Source: Ptychodera flava
Lineage: Eukaryota
Assembly (NCBI RefSeq): GCF_041260155.1
Contig: NC_091937.1
Span: 6,576,626-6,640,625, forward strand
DNA length: 64,000 bases
Direction of reading: 5' to 3'
Shown here: positions 1 through 11,231 of the stretch, piece after piece
Layout: the number at the start of each line of letters is the position of its first letter
Numbering within the stretch: position 1 is the stretch's first letter
The notes under the pieces: generated by a model
Told to the model about the DNA's origin: nothing
The model's database searches: none
The model's input: the letters and a program-made list of their open reading frames with translations, nothing else
Made by a program: the position numbers and the translations under genes

Positions 1-215
1 TCCTCTAACACGGCCAAATTTGATCGCATTGTGAAACAAATCGATGTGCATCTGTATGGGGTAGGGTACTATCCTTGTGCAAAGTTTGAAAGAAATTGAC
101 CTGGGCATCTCTGAGATATCTGCGTGAACGGACGGACGCACGGACGCACACACGCACGCACGGACGCACGCACGGACATGACCAAACCTATAAGTCCCCC
201 CGGACGGTGTCCGTG
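1..215 (-). repeat. Truncated copy of the satellite-bearing element. Satellite monomer fragment (1-~100), junction, (GGAC/GCAC)n microsatellite (128-177), terminal hairpin (190-220).
   Basis: Bases 1-100 align, in reverse complement, with the ~152-bp monomer of the 5291-6520 array. The junction sequence gaaattgacctgggcatctctgagatatctg is ~70% identical to the 5288-5330 junction. The terminal agtccccccggacggtgtccgtgggacta hairpin matches the one at 5199-5232. Confidence 0.6.
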
Positions 216-745
216 GGACTAAAAATATGTTGTTGAAACTCTGAAAAATTCTGACTTGTACTTGACAATGGTGCCACATGAATCACAGGCAAAAGAAGAA
301 CAGTTTCAAATTTTGTATTAAAAATCAATTCATGGTGACAAATCAAGTTCGTTGGGAAGTGGTAAATGAAATATTATATCAGAGTGTAAGCATAGTTTTT
401 TTCTTGATATGCAGCATATTTTATTAATTTTACTGAACAGAAATCTTAACAATTAAGTTTTGAATTTCAATGTTCATACCAACAAAGTCACATATTCTCT
501 CCAATCAAATTTACAGAGGAAAGGAGAAAAATTTAATTTCACAGTAATTCACATAAATTTTCTCAAAAAATGAAATTTCCTTATTTCAAAAATGTAAATA
601 CTACTGGACAGTTCAATAGCTTCCATCCCTCTTTCCCCTGTGGTATGGGCAAAGTTCCCGTCAGAGAGTAGGGCCTCTGTATAATATACATAAATTTTAG
701 GGGTGTCAGGGCAGTGATATGGGGAGTCACACCCTTGTGTCTTAC

Positions 746-974
746 CTGACTGTGTGTGAAAGTAAATCTCTATTATGTTGAGTTACAAGATGCTTTGGAG
801 CAACGCTGCGGAAACCAGCAGGAGGAGGGACTCTGGTGTCAACTGGAGAGGAGCTTCTTTGTCTGGTATTCCGGGACTGAGCCGCCTTGGTATCAATGGG
901 ATCCAGGGTGAAGTCTTCAGTACGGAATGAGTCTAAAGTCTGGACTGATGATGCTTTTGTTAGAGGGGTAAAAT
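746..974 (-). CDS. Coiled-coil gene exon. Encodes (D)FTPLTKASSVQTLDSFRTEDFTLDPIDTKAAQSRNTRQRSSSPVDTRVPPPAGFRSVAPKHLVTQHNRDLLSHTV(R).
   Basis: Acceptor tctcccag|AT, donor GTCAG|GTAAGACAC (strong). Phase 1 to 2. The gene continues beyond the 5' edge of the window. Confidence 0.6.
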
Positions 975-1340
975 CTGGGAGAATACAGAAATAAATTCAT
1001 AATGAGAAAGCTACATCTTTGTTTCTGTGTAAAGTGACATGATATTGACTCGCTCCTTCCCACTTCCCCTCTACAAGAAACTTTTCATTGCAAAATTGAT
1101 TTGATTTAATATACCTGAGAATATCATTCATGTGAACTCATTGTCCCGTACAGTACCTTTTTAGGCAAGAATTTTACAGAAGTTTATGGATTTTGATAAC
1201 TTTATGTTACCTTCCATTGGCACTTGAACTAGCATCATTGATATTTCTATTTATTTTGGACATTTTCGCCCAAAACCCTGCTCTTCAGGGTCTTGCAGAG
1301 TTTAATATTTCTTGCTGTAGTACTGATTAATAACTGATGT

Positions 1341-1429
1341 TTAACCCTTTCACCACCACGGTTTGTCCCAAATCCATTATCAATGATGATTGTAGACCTT
1401 TTCACTGGGGATTGGGGTGAACAGGTTAA
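1341..1429. mobile_element. MITE-like element, TTAA-flanked with CCCTTTCACC termini.
   Basis: TTAACCCTTTCACCACCACGG ... GGGGTGAACAGGTTAA. Terminal inverted repeats bounded by TTAA on both sides. ~90 bp. Confidence 0.5.
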
Positions 1430-1482
1430 TACGCTGCACATGTTTGTCAGATGCATAAATCAACAACAAAGAATTATCTCAC

Positions 1483-1746
1483 CTCCCCTCCCTGATGAAT
1501 GCTTTTCCCTCCTGTCAGTAGAATGGGATCTCCTGTTTCCTGACCCTCCACCATAGGGGTTCATCTCATCCAACTCATCTAGGAGGGAAGACAGAGAGCT
1601 GCTGCTGCTTATCTGTCCACCCTGCTGGTGTCGATGATGATGTCTGGATTTCTTACTCTTTCCATTGACCTGTGGTTTGCTTTCCTCCAATCCGCTGGTG
1701 CTGTAGTCATCTGTGTCAGGGAATTTCATGGATCTTCTGGATCCTA
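1483..1746 (-). CDS. Coiled-coil gene exon. Encodes (V)GSRRSMKFPDTDDYSTSGLEESKPQVNGKSKKSRHHHRHQQGGQISSSSSLSSLLDELDEMNPYGGGSGNRRSHSTDRREKHSSGRG(G).
   Basis: Acceptor ttccattccag|TA, donor GGGGAG|GTGAGATAA. Phase 1 to 1. His/Ser-rich low complexity. Confidence 0.62.
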
Positions 1747-2308
1747 CTGGAATGGAAATCATGGAAAATACATTGGGATATAAACTTTAGAAGCATGAAA
1801 ATGAGGCATTTTCTGTAAGTTGACAGGCTATACCATAAAAATCGAAAGTAAATCTACCCAAATATGAGCTATATTTCAGATATCTTTTATTCATGGCAAA
1901 TGCAAAATTCAGAGTTTCAACAACACTGGTACATGCACTTGAATTTCAAATTATGTGAAACTCTATAGGTAATTTTCCGGTTATAATTGTACGTAGAGTG
2001 CATTATTTTCAAAACCTACAAGAACTGCAAACTGTTTCACCAATTTACATACTTTGATTTAATAGCAGAAACTCAAATTGAACAGAATAATATCTGCAAT
2101 GTTCTCAATCTCTGAATCTGATAATTTTGCTTTTGCAATCAATGTCAGTATGCTTATTTTAATATCTACGAGGAACATTAAGTTTGTGTTATATACATCA
2201 TAATATCAATGTCTTTTACTTTTTGTTTTATATTGTGACAAAAAATGAAATGAGTAATGTGAAAAAATCTAAAACATGATATAATGAAGAAATCTTTGAT
2301 GATTTTAC

Positions 2309-2467
2309 CCCGTGAGTCGTCTTTCCTTCGTTGCAGCTCTTTATCAATTTGAGCTGTCAGTGAGTCAACCGCACCAAATCCTTCATGGTCCCTATCATCA
2401 TGCCACCCAGCCGTCAACACAGCTGTTGAATCACTGGTATTTGAAGCTGGTGATTCCTTACCTGAAT
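2309..2467 (-). CDS. Coiled-coil gene exon. Encodes (D)SGKESPASNTSDSTAVLTAGWHDDRDHEGFGAVDSLTAQIDKELQRRKDDSR(G).
   Basis: Acceptor cgttttcag|AT, donor CACGGG|GTAAAATC. Phase 1 to 1, in frame with neighbours. Confidence 0.62.
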
Positions 2468-2688
2468 CTGAAAACGTGGAATGAGTTAGCATGAATATGA
2501 ATATGAAAATTGTGTGTTAACTATGTTAGCAATGGTACTTCAGTGGATATTTTTTGTGTATTATCCTTTAAACACCACATTTTGTTATCACCTTATTATT
2601 TAAATGGTAAATACAGTCCAAGGTACAGGAAAATGGGGTTGGGAGGATTAGAAAAGCAACTTGACATATATCTGATTGACTTTCTTAC

Positions 2689-2985
2689 CTTCCCACACTG
2701 GATGCTTCTGAGGGGGTGACAACGATGCACTTAAGCTCTTGGACACCCTGGATGGAGAAAACTTTGAAGGAAGGGCTGATCCACTGTATGACAGCCTTCC
2801 CTCTGGAGGTGTGTAGTACCTGCTGTGATCTGGGTTGGATGAAGACAAGGTTGGCATGTAGCTTTTAGGGGTGGTGGTTGGTGTAATAAGACTCAGCTGT
2901 TCTTTCAAGGCGTGGATTTCATCCATGGCTTCTTGCTTCTCTTTTCTGTATCTCTCCAGTCGACCGTACAATTCTTCTCTTTCTC
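2689..2985 (-). CDS. Coiled-coil gene exon. Encodes (R)ERELYGRLERYRKEKQEAMDEIHALKEQLSLITPTTTPKSYMPTLSSSNPDHSRYYTPPEGRLSYSGSALPSKFSPSRVSKSLSASLSPPQKHPVWE(G).
   Basis: Acceptor tctcacgatag|GA, donor GGGAAG|GTAAGAAAG. Phase 1 to 1, consistent with flanking exons. Coiled coil followed by Ser/Pro-rich content. Confidence 0.7.
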
Positions 2986-3618
2986 CTATCGTGAGAAAAT
3001 TAGGTTAGTCAACTACTTTGTCCATATTACCTTCACTTTGAGGCATTTTCAGGCAAATTTCTGTTATTGAGTGTTAATCATTCAAATCAAACACACAGAA
3101 TTAACAGTGAAATGAAATTTCAAAATATGGCTTGCATGCCAGTAATGTCAAGATTCTGATATTTGTTGAAGTTTTTACAGAAATACATTTGCCATCATGT
3201 GTTGACAATGGACCAAATTTTTTTCCTATATCATACATGAGATTGCAAAATCTCGGCTGACTCGCAGCGTGTTTGCAAGGTTATATCTGATTGGTCGATT
3301 GTCACTATTCACAGCCACTTAGGGAGTCTATTTGTATTGTTTTCATTATATTGGTAAGATTCAGCCACCCAATTGGATAACAGCTTCGAAATCGCTGCGA
3401 GTCGGCCCCAAAATCTTGCACTGTGCAATCTGATAAAATTTAGCTTTTAGTTTTGATCAAAATACCTAAATATCTTTGAGAAAGTACTTTTCAATTTTTC
3501 ATCAATTATTGACATTACTGTATCAAGCCTATGAACAAGTACAGTATACCTGGACAAATACAATAGGAGAATTCTTTTTAGGTTGTTAGGCTGTTCCATG
3601 GGAGATAGGGATGAGAAA

Positions 3619-3710
3619 TTAACCTTTTACCAAAATGGCTTGGCCCAAAGCCATTGTTGTCAATGGTGGGTGTGGAACTGTTTACAGTGGAATAGGGGTG
3701 AAAAGGTTAA
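3619..3710. mobile_element. MITE-like element of the same TTAA-CC(C)TTT(C/T)AC family.
   Basis: TTAACCTTTTACCAAAATGGCTTGGCCCAAAGCCATTGTTG...GGGGTGAAAAGGTTAA. Inverted termini and an internal palindrome (tggcttggcccaaagccattg). Confidence 0.5.
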
Positions 3711-4160
3711 ACGTGTAAAAATATCAAAATTGCTTGCTGATTAGTAAATCTGATTTTCAACCCCATCACTCCTATTCTTCTGCAAATGGTTCCAATCATA
3801 TCATTCAATAAAATACGGCTGGACCAAAGTACAGATATAGAAAGGGTTGAAACTTCATGCAAACGTGACGTGAAGTGAAAGAATAAAAACATCTGTACAT
3901 GCAGAAAAAAAGAAAAAAATGCTAAAAAATGAAAACACAACAAAACAAAACTTTGGCTTACTGGCAGGATATTGACCAAGACTTAATTTGGTGTTTTTCA
4001 TATCGGTGAATGGCGATACACTCAAAGCTGAAAGACAGTTCATGCATATGGAAATGAAGATGATTAATATTCATTGACATACTTAATATTCAAGTCTGTA
4101 CACACTTTTACAATGGTGCCAATCATAAATCACAAAGGTCAGAGATCAGAGTTCACTTAC

Positions 4161-4389
4161 TTGGCCCTACTTCTGAAAGTCTTGAGTTTTCCCTGCTCAG
4201 TGTTGATGTTTCATGTTCAATGTGCTTGTGCTTCCGTTTCAGATCTCGGATGTCGTCCTTCAGTCGTGAATTCTCATCAGTCAAACAGTCGTGTTCCTGT
4301 CTCAGTGATCTTAAGTCTGTTTTGAGAGCCATGACCTCATCTTCAATACTGCTAGGACCACTGTATCTGCTCTGTTTCAACCTGTCAAT
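4161..4389 (-). CDS. Coiled-coil gene exon. Encodes IDRLKQSRYSGPSSIEDEVMALKTDLRSLRQEHDCLTDENSRLKDDIRDLKRKHKHIEHETSTLSRENSRLSEVGP.
   Basis: Acceptor catttcag|ATT, donor GCCAA|GTAAGTG. Phase 0 to 1. Strongly heptad / leucine-zipper-like. Confidence 0.7.
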
Positions 4390-5198
4390 CTGAAATGTAA
4401 TATTTCTTTTTTAAACATTGCTAATTATATCACTTGTTTGCCAGTTTGTATATTTTATGTAAACAACCCAGTATATGTATGCGCCTCGAAAGTGAAAAAC
4501 TTTTGGTTTTGCTCAAACTTTCCTCATGGAATCTTTCAACAATTGTTGTCAAAACATCAAGAATGAAAATCGAGGGTCACTGTGCAAATGTTGATACTGG
4601 AGAAAGAAATTACCAAAATTTACCAATATTTGAAATTCAATATGGCCGCCATCCCTATGTTAACTTTATGGTGAAAAATAAAATTTTTGATTTTCGAAAA
4701 ACTAAGACTGAAAAAAACTTTTTTTTTACACAAATAGCCTTAAAATGAACTCCCACAAGTGTAGATCAGAAAAGAATTGAAAAACTTTGACAGTCCAAAT
4801 ATCTGTCCCCAAGGCACATTCTACTTTAAACCTAGCATATTGTTTGTAAGTGATAGAATAATTCAATTTACTAATTTATTGAAAAGATTTGGCACAAGTC
4901 CAAGACAGCATTCATACATCTTTGCATTTCAATGTCTCATATATTGATATTTTGCAGTATTTCTCATACCAAATGTATCAATCTATAACCAAAGAGTATG
5001 TATATGCTGTATCATTGTGTTCTCTGACTAAAGAATTGCATGGAAAAGTTTAATGTTAATATTTACTGTCTTTTTATCAAACAAGATTACAACAGGCTAC
5101 CATGAATAGCTACAAAATAGGTAAATTACCAAAAACAGCACTCAGTGCATAAAACTACATCTTTGAAGATCACATTATGAATTCTGTTGGTTTGATAT

Positions 5199-5288
5199 TT
5201 AGTCCCCGCGGACGAAGTCCGGCGGGGACTTATAGATTGGGTCCCGTCTGTGCGTCCGTCCGTCCGTCCGTCCGTCCGTCCGTCCGTC
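5199..5288 (+). repeat. Element terminus. 30-bp palindromic hairpin (agtccccgcggacgaagtccggcggggact) followed by a (CGTC)n tetranucleotide microsatellite (5253-5288).
   Basis: Near-perfect 30-bp palindrome and nine tandem CGTC units. The same hairpin-plus-microsatellite module occurs inverted at 121-220. Confidence 0.75.
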
Positions 5289-5290
5289 AT

Positions 5291-6520
5291 CAACAGTTTC
5301 TCAGACACTGCCGAACCAATTTCGTTCAAACTTGGCACAAAGGCATAGCACTATGACCTACAGATGCACGTCGATTTATTTTGTGATACAATCGAATTTG
5401 GCCGCGAGGCGGCCATTTTGTTGCGATTTTTCATGTCTTTGGACCATAACTCAGACATCCTTGAGCAGATTATGTTCAAACTTGGCACAAAGGCATAACA
5501 CTATGGCCTACATGTGCATGTCAAATTAGTTTGCGATACAATCCAATATGGCCGCGAGGCGGCCATTTTGTTTGCGATTTTTCGTGTCTTTGAACCATAA
5601 CTCAAACATCCTCAAACTGATTCTGTTCAAACTTGGCGCAAAGGCATAACACTATGGCCTACACATGCATGTCAAATTATATTGCGATACGATCCAATAT
5701 GGGCGTGAGGCGGCCATTTTGTTGCGATTTTTCATGTCTATGGACCATAACTCAGACATTCTTGAACCGATTCTGTTCAAATTTGGCACAAAAGCAAAAC
5801 AGTATGCCCTTCATATGAACACCAATTTATTTTGTGAAATGATCCAATATGGCTGACAGGTGGCCATTTTTTTGCGATTTTTTCATGTCTTTGAACCGTA
5901 ACTCAAACATCCTTGAACCGATTTTGTTCAAACTTGGCACAAAGGCAAAGCACGTACTATGGCATGCATATGCATGTATCAATTAACCTTGCGATAGGAT
6001 CCAATATGGCTGCAGAACTGCCATTTTGTTGGAATTTTGCATGTCTTTGAAGCATAATTCAAAGGTCATTACACCCATTTTGTCAAAACTTGGCACATAG
6101 ATCAAGCACTATGGCATACATGTCAATTTACTTCGTGACATGTTCCAATATGGCTGCCAGATTGTAAATTTTTTTCCAATATCTCTGCCCGATGGTCTTT
6201 TTTGGATTTTTTCATGTCTTTGAGGCTTAATCATATGCAAATATTCCTTAACCAATGTTGTTGAGACTTGGTACAAAGATAAAGTACTATGGCATACATA
6301 TGCATGTCTACTAATTTTGTGCTATGATCCATATGGTCAAGAGACAGCCATTTGATTTCAATTTTGGTGTGATTTTTTTATGTCTTTGAAACATAAACAT
6401 AGGTCACTGTCCCTCGATGGACTGATTTTGTTCAAACGTGATACGAAGATAAAATACTATGGCTGCATTCTTGTGCACATTAATTGTTTCATTATATGAT
6501 CCGAAATGGCTGATGGCTGA
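5291..6520 (+). repeat. Tandem satellite array, ~8 monomers of ~150-155 bp, with identity decaying 5' to 3'.
   Basis: Monomers begin ttcaaacttggcacaaaggcataacactatggcctaca... and contain ccaatatggccgcgaggcggccattttgttgcgatttttcatgtctttg. Period ~152 bp at 5320, 5470, 5623, 5774, 5926, 6083, 6261, 6431. Confidence 0.85.
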
Positions 6521-7053
6521 TTACAACAACATACCCAATCCCATAGCATTTCGAAAATTCCACCAAACCATGTGTATAGTATGTGCCGTCATGACACTAG
6601 AGGCAGTGAGGGCATCGTTATGTGTGATGTAATCAAAAGTTCCTTCAATGGTCATTACCGGCAGAGATGAGTCATTTATTGAACGTTCCTCAGATTACTT
6701 TATTATGCAAGTCACAGGCCTGATGCACCCGTTGCATCAATGTCATTCCACAGCGACCTAGACCACAGCTACCTAGACACCAAAGATTATAACAAAATGG
6801 ACAAGCGGGGACTGTGTCATCAACGATGACTTGTTCAAAAGAAAAATGCTAACACCGAAAAATTATGCTCACTAAACATTTTAAGGCAGATTTTTGGAAA
6901 TTTGGAGTTTTAAAACCTAAGGCTTCTGTAAGCATACATAAAGAGCCATTTCCAACTCACCATTAGGTGCTATGCTACTCTACACACAGCGATGATAGCT
7001 TTCAACTGAACCAACATATGTCAACAGCTATCAGATTTCATAATTTATGTTAC

Positions 7054-7229
7054 CTCTTTGTACAATTTTTTACTCTCTCCATGGTAGTCTTCATTAGTGA
7101 GTTTGTTTGCTGTTTTCAAACTTTCATTATCTTCTTTCAGTTCAAGTAATTTCTTCTCTGCTTTAGAGAGTTCTGATACAGCGCATTCATTGGCTTCTTG
7201 AAGATCATTGAGTTGACTTTCTAGATCAG
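7054..7229 (-). CDS. Coiled-coil gene exon. Encodes (A)DLESQLNDLQEANECAVSELSKAEKKLLELKEDNESLKTANKLTNEDYHGESKKLYKE.
   Basis: Acceptor aaattgcag|CT, donor AAAGAG|GTAACAT. Phase 1 to 0, consistent with neighbouring exons. Confidence 0.68.
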
Positions 7230-7831
7230 CTGCAATTTTAAAATGGGAAAAAACAACATTGTTTTATGTCCATGCCAACACAAATACCTAAACTCTCTGT
7301 ACAAATAGGACTGCACACTGTGTCTCCTGAACTATTTCACAACAACAGTGTATCTTGACACCCTATCCTTCATCAACTATGGTGTACTCTACCAATCTCT
7401 GAGTATCAGAAAGAACATGTCCACAAGAGTACGTGAAACAGCTGAGGCACCACAAAATTGGAATTTCAGATTGACTGTTTCATGTTAATATTGAAGATAT
7501 TTAATCACAATTTTACAATTATTATTGTCACAAGCTGCGGCAGACTTTGACAAAATCCAGTGAAACGCAACATACAATGATGCTCTGAAAATCAGAATAT
7601 AGATATACACAATTTCCTAAAAACTCCATAAAGTCGATATTTTGATCTCTTTAGTAACTTGCACAAGCTCAAAAAAGGATTTGCTGTCATAAAATAAAAT
7701 TAGGACATAAACACATCTTGTGGTGAAAAAGCGAATTCAAAACCGTATATTTGGCCCAAATATCTATCCATTCCAAGTTTGGGTTTGAAATATACCTTAA
7801 ACATTTTGAAATTTATGCAAGTCTGACTCAC

Positions 7832-8027
7832 CGATTCTTTTCTGTAAGACAGCTGGATCATTGGGATTAAATTCTAAACTTCCTGGAATTTCATCAGCAC
7901 TACTTGATCTTGGAATGTCTTCAGACGCCGAGTGTTTCTGAAGTTCTTCAACTTCTTTCTTCAAGTGGATTACTTCTGTGATAAGGTTTTCTTTTTCCCT
8001 GAGTAACTCATCAAACCTCTTATCATG
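7832..8027 (-). CDS. Coiled-coil gene exon. Encodes HDKRFDELLREKENLITEVIHLKKEVEELQKHSASEDIPRSSSADEIPGSLEFNPNDPAVLQKRI(G).
   Basis: Acceptor ttgccttgcag|CAT, donor ATCG|GTGAGTC. Phase 0 to 1. Coiled-coil composition. Confidence 0.7.
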
Positions 8028-8479
8028 CTGCAAGGCAACAACATGTAATTTGTGAAACAACACTTTTTCTCAGGAAACGTGAAGTTGTCTTCATAGTTTA
8101 TTGATTATTACACCCTTTCAGAGACACCTGTAAGTGACATGCTCATATGTACTGTATAAGTTGGCTCAGGCCTGCAAGGATTGATCAAATTCATTGCAAA
8201 TTTGATGTTGTCATTTTTTAAAACCATTTGGCAAAACCCTGGTGATAACATTGTTTACAAAATAGACACATTGTATCAAAGACTGTCCTTCTATTGATCA
8301 ACTTAGGAAAAAAAGGACCAAAGTGTACTTGCCTGCTTTTATAACCCTTTCACAACCATGGTTCAATCTGATCGTGTGGTTTTAATACCGTAATATAGTT
8401 GGACTTATACATAACAAACTGGGGTGAATTATATTCACCAGATATTGTATTAGACATATCAATATTACATGAGTCTTAC

Positions 8480-8671
8480 CTCTCGTTTGCTTGCTGCAGC
8501 TGAGGACGCCTCACGGACCACATGTTCTCTTTCCTCCAGTAATGTTTTATTGGTGCCCTGTACTGCACCTAGCTCTTCCTTTAATCTGGCAATTTCTAGA
8601 TCTTTTTCTCCAAGGCATCTTTTGAGAAGAGCAATCTGTTCCAGGAGGTCTGTTATCTGTCTGGGGTCATT
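8480..8671 (-). CDS. Coiled-coil gene exon. Encodes NDPRQITDLLEQIALLKRCLGEKDLEIARLKEELGAVQGTNKTLLEEREHVVREASSAAASKRE.
   Basis: Acceptor tgtttgcacag|AAT, donor CGAGAG|GTAAGAC. 64 codons in phase 0-0. Heptad-like Leu spacing (coiled coil / leucine zipper). Confidence 0.7.
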
Positions 8672-9901
8672 CTGTGCAAACAGAAAGAGATCAATCAATG
8701 TTCAAGTCATTGATCTGTTACTGATATTTCTGTTGTGACAAACACTCTCTCTGTTTTCAACTCTGATTTACCCACAATGCAGTGCAACAGTTATGCTGTT
8801 CATATCCATAACGTAAGTTAGAAGTTTTACCAAGGAACAATTATTAATTCAGTGATTATGCAAAGACTTCTAAATTGCAGTAAGTTAATATAACAGTTTC
8901 TTAAAGTCAGATGAGCTTAGAACTTTTCCTAGCTTTAATACGCACTTCTTAACTATTTTGGAGTGCCACATACACTCAGCTTTATTTAATATTCTGGAAC
9001 ACGAGCAAAGTGATTAATTCATATAATGACCATAATTCTGAACAATGAATATTTAGCACATGATGTTATGAATCAAATGATTGACAAATTTTATCAAAAA
9101 GCTGCATTTTGCTAGTGAGAAAGTCATTATACCTGTAAGGGAGTCATTTTATCTGTAAAATGCAACATTATGTTAATAATGGGCTGATGATAGAAGGGTG
9201 TGATTCTCTTGATATTATTTTACAGAATCAGTGAGTTGTATCACTAGTCTTGTGTAAATTATAAATCTAGGGACAGATTGGTTGAACACTTCAGGAGAAT
9301 GCTTGAAACCTAACAGGCATACAAACATTCTGAATGGACACTCATCAGGGTCTTGGCCCATCTGAGGTTTGTCCGTAAAGTTGATACCAGTGTCTACTTT
9401 ATGTAAAATACGTGATTGTTGAAATTCCACCATTCAAAGGGAATGTTTTCTCACTTTTTACACCTTGAATCAAATACAAGTATATAGCTACAGGAAGTAT
9501 TAAACAGTCATTAGCAAGAGGATGTTACTGTACATGTACAATTGTTACCCTGCTTTTCATATTATAAATGTACTGGTATAACAACACAGCTATCTTTACG
9601 TTGATTCCCAAATCAGGTACCTCACTTCATTTCCAAGCTTACCAAAAACACTGCTGTATTGGTGAGACACATTTGGAATATATACAGTACAAGAGATGAA
9701 ACAGACTAGGTGAAACAGTGAAAGAGACTCAGACAAGGTGTTCCATCGAATATTATTATGTCATGGCCCATAAAGTGAGAGACCACACCAGGGTCTAGAA
9801 TTCCTCCAAAGACTACCGGAGCACTACAGACAAGTTATGTCATATGAGCAACACTGTGGAAGACGATGCTTCATGACATGGATAATCCGCAACAAAACTA
9901 C

Positions 9902-10145
9902 TTAACCCTTTGAGTGCCAAAGTCGATTTTTGTTGCCTTTATACAATCTAACGCCAATAATTTCTTTCAGATGTAGACAATTTTATTCTGATTTTTCCTA
10001 AAATTTTGGTCAAAAAGTGTAGCCCATAAAAATTTATATCCATTAAGTCCAAAATCATGGAATAATTACAGAAAAATTCATGAAAGTCGGCAAAATGTTG
10101 CCCTGATATTTTGGGGGAGGAAAATTACAGTGCTCAAAGGGTTAA
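9902..10145. mobile_element. MITE-like element, TTAA-flanked with CCCTTTGAGTGC termini.
   Basis: TTAACCCTTTGAGTGCCAAAGTCGATTTTTGTTGCC ... GTGCTCAAAGGGTTAA. ~16-bp perfect TIR. Internal aaagtcg / caaaatgttgcc inverted motifs. Confidence 0.55.
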
Positions 10146-10362
10146 ATCAGATCACTTGGCTATCCTTCAACAGTGTCAGTTTGTTACATGTACATGTAGT
10201 GTTTATCATCTCATAGGTCAATGTACTAGATGTATCTCTTCAGTTTATATCAGTTTATACAGACTTAGTTATATAAAAACACAGCATAAAGGCAATTCTT
10301 TATAGTTTTAGACTTTATTCTGAGTAAAATTTTATCTGATAGGAGGTTATGCTTCTACTTAC

Positions 10363-11231
10363 TGGCTTGAAGTCAGTTTCTGGCGTACCATTGGTCAATT
10401 GTTGGTCATGTGACGTTATGACAGGTCCATTTGCCCCTGAGGATTTTCTGCTGGAGGTAGACATTGGTGATGTTCTCTGGGTGACCAATGGATCTCTCTG
10501 TAAAACCTTGGCACTTCCCCTATCCTCACTTTTTCCAGACGGTGGCCTCTCTGATGTTCGGCTCCTGTGATCACTTCCGGCATATTCCTTTAGATCTGGA
10601 TTAGAGCTGGGTCTCTCCCTTGACCCTGGCCTTTCCCGACTGCCTGGTCTTGGCACCCCGGCTGATCCAGGTCTTTGACTACTATGATGGGAAGAGCTGC
10701 GGGAACTGGAGGACACTGAACTTTTAGATTTATGCGACCCACGCTCAAACATTTGTTCCACATGTTCTTGGCTGGAGCGTCTACGTCCAGCGTTCATTTC
10801 AAAGAGCTGCGCGACTTCCTGGTCGCTAGCTGCATCCCCTCCATTCCGTCCTTGCCAACTCTCATGGATATTTCCCTGTCCTGAAGCTCTGTCATCAGCC
10901 GGTGGCGGCTCATCACCCCCTTCCCTGGATCCCTGACTGCCACGTCCTACCTGCTCATCAACTTCTACGTCTGACATTCTGTTTTGCCTCCTTCCTGACA
11001 AGTCAAACTCCTCAGCTAAACTAGTCTCTGTTTTCTCAAGTTGCTGTTTCAACAGTTTTTGATAGATTCCAGTCGCTTTCCAAGGCCTGTTTTCTGACAC
11101 CTCACTTTGTTCAATGTCTAGATCTGCAGAGTCACCATTGGGTACGCTCTCTGTTAAAACACTGGGCCGTAATATCGGCGTTGTTTCTGTGAACGAGTCT
11201 GTACTTACTCCAGTTCTTAGATTTTCAGTTT
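10363..11231 (-). CDS. Coiled-coil / Ser-rich protein gene, large Ser/Arg/Gly-rich exon (~289 codons). Encodes ...TENLRTGVSTDSFTETTPILRPSV...SRSSSHHSSQRPGSAGVPRPGSRERPGSRERPSSNPDLKE...TDFKP.
   Basis: Acceptor ttttttacag|AA, donor CCA|GTAAGTAG (perfect consensus). 869-bp open frame on the minus strand. Low-complexity Ser-rich content with SRERPG repeats. Phase-0 end joins the next exon in frame. Confidence 0.65.
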
